Below, in pieces: positions 1 to 12,000 of a DNA stretch of 64,000 nucleotides. The stretch is from Glycera tridactyla (Eukaryota). The position numbers were made by a program, and so were the translations under genes. The stretch covers positions 38,626,001 to 38,690,000 of the forward strand of contig OZ286468.1 of the NCBI GenBank assembly GCA_965644265.1, given 5' to 3'. How positions within the stretch are numbered: the first letter of the stretch is position 1; every line of letters starts with the position of its first letter. The notes under the pieces are model-generated. The model searched no databases and had not been told where the DNA came from. It was given only the letters and a program-made list of their open reading frames with translations.

Positions 1-180
1 CCATCAACACCTTGACATCCATCCCTGATCACTCACATCCTCTCAGAAAAGGAAAATATCATACTCGATCCAAAGGCCTATCATTGAAGAAAGATATTTA
101 GACTAACAAATCTCAAGACAACAGCCGGAAGAGCCAAGACAGGTGTCGTACATGTCCTAGAACCGAGCTTCATTGACTAG
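1..180 (+). mobile_element. 3' end of a LINE ORF2 remnant (window edge)
   Basis: Frame from nt 3 reads INTLTSIPDHSHPLRKGKYHTRSKG...SFID*, resembling the 'D.SHPL' C-terminal stretch of CR1/L2-group ORF2; no RT core is visible. Confidence 0.3.
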
Positions 181-2394
181 TTAAAAGTTCTGGGACACAC
201 TAAGGGGTGCTTTTTGGAAATAGAGAGGTGATATGCGAATATTGAACATGATGTGTGTCGAACGTGACAAATATGAAGGATTTAATGAGGAAATCAGCGA
301 TTTATAGCTCAAACCGGCCATTTTTCGTAACTTCGACAGAGCGCCCGGAATGCCGATGGTATTTGCGTCTACGTCAGCTCTGGATTCATGGAGCTGGCTC
401 GCGAGTAAAGAATGTATTGAGGAAGCCTATCTTGCTCAGACATCGAGTACAAAATTATTAAATTGCAAATATTACGATCTATGAGCCCAACCCTCGCTGG
501 TGGATGCGGAACTACAGGGCGAACACCGACGCCATCTTGTATTCTCGAATAGTTGAGTATTTTTATTATAAATGGACAGTGAATAGCGAACCTTCATTTG
601 AAAATAAGCGAGTGTCAACACAGACAGTTTGACAAGTGATCGCCATACCATCGCGCCAAGAAATAAATGACTTACCAGCCTATACTCAACAAATAACTCA
701 TATACATTCATTTCGATGTTCAATTCAGCATGAAGATGACTGCCAACAAAGCCGCCGGCGATGGTAAACTCTGTCAAATCCAAATGTGGCAGGTACAGCT
801 CAGACACTATCTTCACCATTTCTTGTCTGATTATACTTTTAATGGAACAAATGGAATGTATGGATCTTCCGGCGATCATACATTGAACGTGGTCTCGGGT
901 GGTCTGTATGCTTCAGACGAGGATTAAGCCATCATTTCATCGCATTTTTCGGCAAATCCACCGATCATTTGTATGCGAAACAGTGTAGATACGCCTGCCG
1001 CACTTGCCCCCAAACCATCATGAAATTGACATATTTGACATTCTCAGGTGATGTATACAAGGAAACTTTGCCGAGATCACATTTTTAGTGGCCCGAGATG
1101 TAGACAAAGCCTGTCAGCCATTTTCATTCCAATCTGATGTTAATTTGCGATGCTACGCTGAGATGCTTGCGTGTGAGCATTCTCCCTCCCTGCAGCGCTT
1201 CCATTGGCTGAGAGAGGTGCCCAGAGTTTCACCTGGCGGCGGGAATGGGGAACTACGACCTGGGTTGAGAGGCCGGCTATCCGTCGTCATCACCCTCCAT
1301 TTGTGGTGAAAATATACGTCAAAGCCTGATTCCACCAAGGTATTTATATCCGAAATGCAGTTTTACATCTCTCACATTGGTTTCACGCCTGGACACGTCA
1401 AGACAAATGCGAACGATTTTTCTAGTACAACGCCACAGGCGAAATTTGACAAGCGTTCACTCGACGGCATCATTTTCTGCGTGATCTCCTCAAAAATACG
1501 TATTCTTGAGCAAATCCGAGTCAATAGATATTTTCATCGAGAAGTTTTACACACGTATACCAAGTTTGGTGGATAAAATTCAATTATGGAAGCCGAGGCG
1601 AATTTTTGTCCTTACACCATGTCCTGCTCGTTTTAGGGCTTCCCCATGTATTATCTCGCCACCAGGAGCGCTCCATGGATCCCGAGCTGACTTCACAACA
1701 TGCAGGGTCCTCTAGAAAATCAGCGGGAATTTCTAATCGATTTTTCTCACACTTGGCCCTCATATATATATTAGCGGCGTATGTATGAAAACATTTCACC
1801 AGGACCTCCTTACACATCCCAAAACAGATGAATCATGTTCATCGATCGTGTGCAAAGATTCATAAAAAGTGGAAGGATGTGGCATTAAAGTATAAGGCTA
1901 GTATAAGGCTAATTCAAACAATCTAATTTAGGTAATGTTGGCCTGTTCAATGCCAATCTCAGTGATACAGGGCCTTACTTCACATCAATTCATTTATGCA
2001 GCAATATAGTCAATCAGGCTACCGACACAATTTTTAATTTGTCCCATGAAATAATGAAATACACATTTTAGTGTGGGGCATGACATATTCCATTTCATCA
2101 CCGTGATGGAGGGATGAGGGAGCTATGTGAATATTGTGCAAATGCTGATTCTGGAAGCTCCATGTCATGGACATATCCATATCGAATATGGTTGAGATGA
2201 TGCAGTTAGGGAATATTGTGAGTCCTGATAGGGAAAAACTTGTCATATGAATACATTAGGTTGCCATGGAAACCAGTTGACATTTGTTAACGACAAATAG
2301 AATTCAGCATCAGTACTTGGCTCACAAGTTGACCGATAGGAAAATGTATGATTACCTTTACTCCAGAAGAGAGAGTGTGGTTGATTTGCAGGTT

Positions 2395-2460
2395 TTTGTT
2401 TTGTTGGGGGTTTAACGTCACGCCAGCTCCATCTGGGCTATATTGTGACGCCCATGCAAT
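2395..2460 (-). mobile_element. Possible SINE/LINE 3' tail fragment
   Basis: Minus strand reads ...GGCGTGACGTTAAACCCCCAACAAAACAAAAAC, like the GACGTTAAA + A/C-rich tails of invertebrate SINEs; no head found. Confidence 0.3.
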
Positions 2461-2867
2461 GGGCATGGGTCTGATCATTCGAGACTCCTCCTTCTGGGTC
2501 CCCAACGGAAGGCGAAAATTTATGTAATTCACAGACACTCAAGGTGTCATTTTGATTACCCTTGATTTGCAGGGTATACATGATATTGTTTATGGAAATT
2601 CAAGAGTTGTCGGAAACTGAGGATCTTCTCACCTGTGGAACCTATACCTCTATGCGATGATCTGTATGTCGGGGAATATGGATAAGGAGAGAAGTGCAGA
2701 ATTTTCACAATATCTCTTTCACACATCAGGAAAAAAATATCTACTCATGATCAACATCCCAGCAATAGTGTCACCCTTTAATGGAAAATGAAACTTGCAT
2801 TACATATCTTCCAAGATAAATCTATTTCAGACACATGAAGAATTTCCCACATCAACATGTCTTACAG

Positions 2868-3002
2868 ATTGCAAGGATGGCACATGGGGTAATAATTGCA
2901 CTGGCACATGTCGATGTGTGGATGATGGCCTCTGCAGTCCTGAAAATGGATCATGTCCAAATGGTTGTGAGCCAAATATCGTTGGATTATCATGTGATAT
3001 GG
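2868..3002 (+). CDS. RPTP exon: EGF-like (MEGF-type) repeat
   Basis: cttacag|ATTGC...GATATGG|gtgagt; 135 nt, phase 1-1; DCKDGTWGNNCTGTCRCVDDGLCSPENGSCPNGCEPNIVGLSCDM. Confidence 0.88.
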
Positions 3003-6000
3003 GTGAGTATGAGATAATATCATCTCTTTGATCGCTTTCAATATTTAGAACAACTTACCAAATCCTCAGTTATCATGATGATATCATGAAAAATACAATT
3101 GTAGAAAATAAAACGAATTCAATGCTGGGACCTCACAATGCTGGTAAATACTCATCAACACAGTCAGATATTGCCTCTCAAAATCATGTCACAGATATCG
3201 TCAACTACAGTCCATCATGGGTCTGTTCTGGAGAAAATAATTCAGATAACCCCACTGAGCTTCGAATGCAGGGCGAACCACATGCATCTTGCTGATAGCT
3301 GACATTTGCATTCTCCTATCTATACTCTGAGACCTAGTATGGTAGACAACAATGGGGAGCATGGCAATGGACCACACAGCATGTGTACCTGCACGGTATG
3401 TGAACAAACCAAGAGGGATTTGAGAGGACCCATCGATGGCCAGGAAAATTGGAAGTCTTATGAAAGTTTCTGAATCAAACTCTGTGTGCGCAGCTGCACT
3501 TTCATAATAGATACCCTAGCATTTATTGATATAAGGACTTTTTACGAAATTCATACATATTTCGGGAGTTGAGTGCAGAATAATCTAACCAAATATATGG
3601 GGTGGATCTATTGAGGAATGCATACATATATGACTCTCACCGACCAGACATAGTTTCAGAAATGTCTGTTGACAGACATAAAAAAGTTATACAACACAAG
3701 TTTGCAACACACCTCAAGGGTGTGGATTGGGTGGTAGCTCTTGATCTAAAAACAATATTGTTCACATTCATATCATTTGCATGTAATTTGATAAAAAATA
3801 TGATAAGACCTTATATGTAGAGTGGATTGATTTCCCCAGCTATATGACTCCACTATGTCTTCATCGGCGGGATTCCATTGTTGATTTCTCCACAAGATGA
3901 AATATGCAGGCAGGCTAACCTTACCGACCCACTGTATCATCTATTGTAGAGGTCCCTAGTGGTGCTGGCATTGTCTCAGAAGTTGTCAACATAACTGATA
4001 CATCAATTACCATCCAGTTCGATGACATCACATCAGAACTTCTGTATGGAAAAGCTGTCACAACATCTACAAGTTACAAGCTGCAGTATCGAGTTCTTGA
4101 CCATGGGATGTGGCAAAATGGAACGGCTGGAGATATACCCTGTGATATGTCAGCAAATATAAGATCACTATGTGATCTCACTGAAGAAAATCTGAGTCCA
4201 CGCAGTGAATCATATGAGATCCGTGTTGTCCCTCTGCTTGACTATGGGAATATGAAACATTATGGCATTCCAAGCAATGCAACTTTCAGTAAGTTGGACG
4301 ATCGAAGTTCTAAGCTTTTTTGAGATAATTCAGATCCAAAGAAAGTAGCAGGAGATGAGTCTGGTATACCAGTGAATAAATGAGTGGGAGAAAGAGTTGA
4401 ATGAATGTATGGATGAAAGAGTGGATGAATGAATGGACAAACGAACGAACAAATGAATAAGAGAAACAAAGTAATCGATAGATAGATGGATGATTGGCTG
4501 AAGGGCCTCTGTATCAATTTCCAGTTTATATCTGTTATGCTGGGCTTTGCATGTAAATACGATGCGGTGAAAGTATATTTATCAGTAAAACACATACAGA
4601 TGCCAACAGTTTTGCTTTTCTCCACCTATCTCGTTATTTCTCTCTATATGTATTATTTATTTGCATTTTTATTATCACCATCATCATCATTATCATAGAT
4701 AGNNNNNNNNNNNNNNNNNNNNNNNNNNNNNNNNNNNNNNNNNNNNNNNNNNNNNNNNNNNNNNNNNNNNNNNNNNNNNNNNNNNNNNNNNNNNNNNNNN
4801 NNNNNNNNNNNNNNNNNNNNNNNNNNNNNNNNNNNNNNNNNNNNNNNNNNNNNNNNNNNNNNNNNNNNNNNNNNNNNNNNNNNNNNNNNNNNNNNNNNNN
4901 NNNNNNNNNNTCCCCATCTATCCTCACAACCATTCATTCATTCATTCATACATTTAGTCATCTATCCATCCAAACATCCATTTATTCATCCATTTATCCA
5001 TCCATCCATCCATTTGTCCCTCCATCGATTCACTCATCCGCCCATCTGCCATCCATCTATCTACCTGTGTCTGGCCCTGAAAACTATGTCCCCTGTCTGT
5101 TCCCTTTTAGGTTGTAAAGAGGATTTCTGGGATGAGGGATGCAACAAAGATTGTTACTGCACAAAGCCTTGTGATATTTATACTGGTCTCTGCACTGCTG
5201 GCTGCATGAAGGGAAAGTTTGGCAGTGACTGTCAGCAAGGCAAGTCGTATATTCACACTCGATGATACCAGGCAAATAGACAAGGGTGATCTGTACCTGC
5301 AAGTTGTCAACTCAGTTTGCAAGTCACCATTTAAGAATTAGTTGGCAAAGGTTTTGAATATGCTATTAGTAGACATGCAAAGCACAAACCTAATCAATGA
5401 TTTCCAGAAGTGGTTGAAAGAAAGATTCGTCTAAAATTACCTGAGGTAGCTTGGAGTGGGTTTCTACATCAAGTCCTGGAGTTAGGCCTCAAGAAATGTA
5501 GGAATCAGCTATATACTTCAAGATTAATAACTGGTGAGACTTTGGTCTGAGATGGTTAGCTACATGAGTTCGATGAAATTTATTTAGTCATCCTGGGGTA
5601 TCTCAATGGTAGTGTGTACCTGGTGTCTATCATTTTCCCTAGAGAGCCTCTCTGTTTCGTCACATGTCACTTTGCTTTTCATTGTCCATCAAAAGTAGAT
5701 GATGGTTAGACCCAGTTGTGCTATTTGATCAGTTGATACTCTAATCTGCTAGTCTCCATTATTGCATTTATTCTACTGGTTGAATCTTATTGGAAATGAA
5801 ATCTAACAGGTATATCCAGTATGTTGAGCTATCTGCTCATGACCGTCGACTCGTAATTTCCAACTATAGTGTATATGATTCCAACAATTCTCTACTGTGA
5901 GGGGAGAGGTTTTTCATTAAACTCTATATTTTTTTCATCATTGGCCCTTTTCGGGATCTAAATTACACTTGATCAAATGATTAACACTCTATGGGTTGTA

Positions 6001-9000
6001 GTGGTTCTAGTTAAGTATATCTACCGACTGAGGATTACTGTGGCCCCCTCATCTTGCATGGAATACAGTATCTCAGCTATGCCGACTTTCAGCTGACTAT
6101 ACTAAATCATATTTTATGCCTATATTTATTTGTTTGTTTGTATAACTTCATTCGTAGAAGCATGAGAAAAACATATTCATATTACATGCTCAATCGGCCA
6201 ACTCGATTAAGGCAACAGAACATAAATACAGTATATACATAAGTGAGTCTTTAGTTCCTAATATCCATGCTTGATACCACCATCAATATTCATCCTTCTC
6301 ATCATTGAATTAATTTCTTATCTATGTCTTCTAGAAATATTCAATCGCCATTTTCTTTGCATTCTGTTAACTGTTTTTCATTATGTTTTATGTAACATGT
6401 AATATGACCAATTGATCAATGTGACACGATAAAAGCTTTACAAGCAACTTCACAATTGACTCCTAGACACATTTCTGATCGTGATGGAATTCCTCCTTTA
6501 TAAGAACTATTATTGAATAACCTGAAGTTGATCAATCCTCCTACATGAAACCCATTGATGGATATTGATAAATAAACTTGTGTGCTAGTATACATTTACA
6601 TCATCTATTTACAAGATTGAAAAGTATTTGTGGAGGCTATAATGCAGTAATAAGTGAATATGGGCCAAGGAATCTCATGATGTTCTCCCCATTATTCCAA
6701 ATAAAACTCATTCCAAAATACATCATGCTGCTGTTGGGGTCATATTTCAAGGAGGCCCATCAGTGACACTCTATACACCTGCTCATAGTTTGTCGGAGGC
6801 CATAACACGAGTGTTTAGAGGAACACCATGTGCTTGAGGGTTACTGAAATAAATCAAAGAACACTAGACCATATCACGAAGAAAACTCCAGGTGATCCAA
6901 ATGGTTCTGACATAGTTCTAATTTCATAGATGATCTTCGGGTCCATCATCACATGACATGCATTTGTCATTGGGATTTCTATACAACAGGTGATCCCACT
7001 CATGTACTACTATTCGTAGAGACCATCGATCCAGGCAGGATCGTGCCACAACTATATAGGCAACATTATATACTATCCGCATGTCATTTATGTTGTTCTC
7101 ATCTGTTTCAGATTTAACAAGCTTGACGGAAATTAAACCGACTGAGGTGGATAAGACAAATAGCACAATAACCCTTCACTGGGGGGCAGAATATGTAAAC
7201 ACAAAACCAGAGAAATATCGCATTCAATATCGAGTGCACAACCCAGACAGTGTGTGGTCAGATGGGTCTGAGATCGAGAGAGATGAAGATGACAGCCAGG
7301 ACTATGAACTGAAACAGGATGGACTCGATTCGGATACTACATATGAACTTCGTATTGTACCACTGATAATTTGGGATGGAGAAGAATATGCTGGACAAGA
7401 GACGTCTGTTATAACAGTTCGGACACTCTCCAGTAGGTACTACTTTGCCAGCATTGTCTACTTTCCTCTCTGACTTTGAGAAGCCCAACAAACCATATAT
7501 GATGTGTTCATGCAGATCACAATATTAAATGCATGTTTCAGATGTTCTATCCAATAGCATCAGCTATGAATCACTACATATAATGTCCCAAAGTCACGAA
7601 TCCTCATGTCCAACATATTTCTAGATGGCGGATTCGCCGTAACGATATACCATGAAAGCTTTACTAGAGTCAGAGGTTAGAATAAAATCCACATCCTCCT
7701 TCTCTTTCATGAGATTCTGGTGGTAATTTTAGCGTAATCCACTGCTATCTTGGTATCTATTTGACTATCTTTATCAAGCCCATTTTAACAGGCCTGCCTC
7801 GCTGTGAGCAACATCCACGGACCAAGACATGAAGATAATGATTTGGACAGCATGGACACTGTGACTATAGAAGGAATTGAAATGAACTCAAAACTGATTT
7901 ATAGAGTTATAGCATGAAAAGCATTCGAGACTTGCATGCAGTGAGCATGAAATGATGATTACCCAGTATTGGTTTTCACTATCAGCTTCATTTCCAAATG
8001 CACTTTCATATTCATTTTGTGTGATATACATAAGTTTGTAGATACAAGTTCATGATAGTTTGAGTCGTTTCTGTTTCATCTGATATTGCAGATGAGCAAG
8101 GCAGTGAAGATAAAAGCGGGGACAGTGCTATAATTGGTATCGTCCTTGGTGTCCTAGCTGGAATTGTCGTCTTACTCATAATAATTGGAATCGTTTACTG
8201 GTGAGACCCACTTGCCTATGATATGAACATTCGGATACTGAATTATAATGCAATATGCTGCTGACCTTTTGTACCCAAATTGACTGCTTATATTGCAGGA
8301 TCAATTTACAGCAATAGTAATATTTATCATGCAGAATAGCACAAATCGGTCGAAAAAAAAAATCTGATGCCACAGAATGTAGCGATGGTACATTATTTGA
8401 TGCCATATAGCAAGGACAAGAATCATGAATTTTGTGACCATAGCTCGACATGTTCACTGAGAAACATTACAATATACAGTTGAAGCTCTCTATTGAGACC
8501 ACCCTCAGTCACATCAAATAGTGGCCTTCATTGGGAGGTGATCTTCATAGAGAGGTCATTTACTCTTAAAAATACTACCACGGTTGCAGTTCAGGGTAGT
8601 CTTTATAGGGAAGTGGTCTTTACAGGAGGTTCGACTGTATATGTTAAGGATGAGATATCAATTTACACAAGTATCAATGAGGAATTCTAATGATATGAGT
8701 GATGACTGTCTGATAGGAAGGATGATATCCTGTTAGTATTTGGTTGAAGGAGCAGATGATCTCATATATCGGCGGATATAGATCAATACAAATCAGTTGT
8801 CAAACTATGCATCATATCTATATCCATCCATTTTTTCGGTAGATAAAAAAAATCTAGCCTTGGGGTTTTTCTATCGAATAGAATGCCTTTTCTGATTCTC
8901 ATGTTGTGCAGGAAGATGAAGAAATCCAGAGATGGTGATGCTAATCCTGAATCACAGCAAGGTGAGAACATTCTCAATTATGCAAACACAATATACATCC

Positions 9001-12000
9001 AGGATTCAGGACATATTGATAGAGATTCCAGTGTGATTGGATTGTCACCGTCTGCGTTTGATTGCCATTCTTCATTCGGTCAGAAGTGTTCATGATGTCT
9101 CTGTATTTAGCGACTGGGTCAAACCATAGAAGCATCCAATGGCAGAGTTGGACATGTTTACATGCTGCCAGTTGGACCTATCAAACATGATTTAATTCTG
9201 GTTGAAAGTTTGACATTTCATGAATGAAGGACCAATTATCATGCAAGCACATTCATAACAATACCAGCACTTAGCGTCTGATGCAGATTTGTTATCATAC
9301 AATAATGTAGTCAAGTCTTCATCAAATATTCAGATTTTTGAAAAATAATACCATGATCTCTGTGAGTTAAATAAGACTATTGAGTACTGTTGCTTGCAAT
9401 TAAAGACACGAAGACATTTTCACCGGAAATATTCATCATTTGTGGCACATACAAATGCTACACTAATTCAGGGTGACAAACAATTTCACATCCCTGAAAT
9501 GAACTATAAGAAGGCTACGTCTAATTTTTCACTGATGCGGCAACCTGTGGAATATCTTTTCCCTAGAAATTCGCACAGTGACAAGTCTCCTCTCTCTCAA
9601 AAACAAATTTAACAAGTATATAGAATGAAACAAGCCCTGAGTGGCTTCGCAGATTTGGGGATATATGGAGAGTTTGTTCACATATCGACATTCCAGTAAC
9701 TATCATATTATTTGACTTTTACTTGAAAAGAGTCCTGAGAAAACTGGGCTATTATCACCTATCCAGTCTGGATGGGTAAGATGAAAGAGGTTCATATCAG
9801 TAAGAAAAGGCAAGTGCACCAGACTGTTATTTCAAAACAGCCTGATCTTGGAGAAAAAGGACTCGTCATGTACAAAAGAGGTGGAATAATTTCTAACCAG
9901 GTCAACGTTACACAAAGAAACCCATAAAGATGCCAGAAAATACCAGAGATATTTTTATAGCCTGCCTACTCATGAAGTAGGGGTTGGGGTGGGAATTAGG
10001 ATCACAAATGGTCATCTGATTCTAGTACATCATGCTGTTTCTTTGCAGCCATGACAATTGTGGCAGAGGCAGGCTCATCTAGTGCTATGCCAGATGAAGA
10101 CCCTCACCTTTATGAGCCAGTCAATGATAAATCTGCCCCATGGTTTGAGCCTATTCCCGTCAAGCAGCTCGTCATGCACTTCAACAACACAAAGAAAGAG
10201 AAAGAAAACTTGAACAACGAGTATATGGTAGGCAGTGCAAGATGCATGTGAGAAACTCCATCTCTCATGAATTTACTGGTTTTGAGTGGTTCTTACTCCA
10301 CCCAGCGGGGAATATACAATCAGACATTGAAACAAATCATATATTCCTTTGTATCACACTGCAAGATGCCATTCATAATATGCCACACGCACCTCCCTGC
10401 GCATTGGTGAATATTTGTGTGGGTGTGAGGAAATGAAAGCTACTACTTTTTGGTAATGTGTTCACATCTTTATTTCCGATGCTTTATGAATTCGAAGGTG
10501 GGATGGGGGGTACAGAAAAAACAAAAATACAAAAAACATTTTTATCACTAAGTTAGTCCAATATTCGTTTATACACATTACTTCTGGAATGCAATAATCT
10601 GTATGATTGAGAGTAATTCCATGGAACGATGATATTTTCCAGTTCAGACTCACCCATTTTGTGTTGAGAGGACGACGACCAGCACTCAATCAATTAATGA
10701 AGCTATATATGTGGACATTCTCTGATTGTAGAAGCTCACAAGTTTCCCAGTTGGCATTTACGAGAATGACCCGAAGCCTGTCAATCAAGGACAGAACATG
10801 TGCGACGATAATAGTACATGTAAGTATACCACAATATTGTTGCTGCTGCTGCTGACATGTTCAAGTCACACAAGTTGAAGTTTATCTCTAAATATCAACA
10901 AGTTGCAAAAACAAGTCTATTTTCATTCAAATTATGTGTACCTGAGAAACAATCCTCACTAGGAGGGAGTATTCGAGTCACAATCCCGAAATTCAGAATT
11001 TTTCCCATCCCTTTTAAGTGATGGTCTTGCACTTCTCATTCTAATCAAAATGAAAAGGCGCAGTAGGTAGACACCATCAGTGAATGACGTTTACATACTA
11101 GCAGCTCCAAAAGATGGGAATCCGATCGAATACCCTAGTTGGCTCTCAATATTTGATTCATATATTGAAACTGTTATATCTTGGTGAATATTGCTCATTT
11201 TTGGATTTGCAAATAAGGTCGAACAGGTTCCAAGCAGGATTTGAACTAAGCGAGAACTTGCCCTAGGCAGTGGCTCATCCCGTCTGAGTATTTCACTGTA
11301 ATTGAAATATACTGAGCATGGACTCCCTCTAAGCCCTCAGTTTCTCCGATATCTAATGCTTTTCCTTGTTTCAAGTGTTGTCCTTCACTAAAAAAAAGGA
11401 AGCATTGTTACCAGAATGAGTACTCCATCATTAGATTCAGTTTGTTGATGTTGAGTAAGTCGAGGTTTGTTTTGTTTTGTTTTATATATCCTATTGAGCA
11501 AAAGACATGCGACCCCATGTGGTCATATTACATGCTACTGCTGGTCTTTCGACCACTCAACTACATACCAACGATTATTAGCAGTGTCAATGAACAATAC
11601 CAGGTTGAGTACAAATTTTAGGAGACAACATTGCTAGCGCTCGTGCAGGTTCAATGGCATCTGGTGGCCAGATGGCATCTTTCTGTTCACAGTAGGAGCT
11701 TTGAATCACTAGCATCTTGGTGTTATACTCGGCGGCATCTGGTGGTCAGATGGTGCCGGTGGGCCAGTCTTGGTAAGGTGTATCTGAACTGCCAGCTTCT
11801 CCCACTTGACAACCTTTCAGGTTCCCAATCATCTTGTGTTCAGGGTTTATGTAAGTGATGCCTGCAGAGGACAGAACATCTAGGTTTCATCGACTGGAAA
11901 CACACGACATACATAATGGTTTGACACATACTGTCAGTTCTCTTCACTACCTCAGCTTCATGCTTGACACAGATGTTAATCACCCACAAACACACGGGCA

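Noticed and set aside
472-1700. Minus-strand ORF 472-879 and a putative long decayed frame upstream
   Set aside because: Stop density is close to random expectation and no motif was recognised.
3400-3880. Helentron/HINE-like non-autonomous elements (also about 21150-21500 with CTGT repeats)
   Set aside because: The ends are only suggestive; subterminal inverted repeats and boundaries could not be established by eye.
4634-4937. ORFs containing X runs (also near 12.2, 34.5, 38.5 and 46 kb)
   Set aside because: They are open only because of N gaps.
11215-11290. tRNA or tRNA-derived SINE head (B-box-like GTTCAAATCC on the minus strand)
   Set aside because: There is no A box at a suitable spacing and no cloverleaf.
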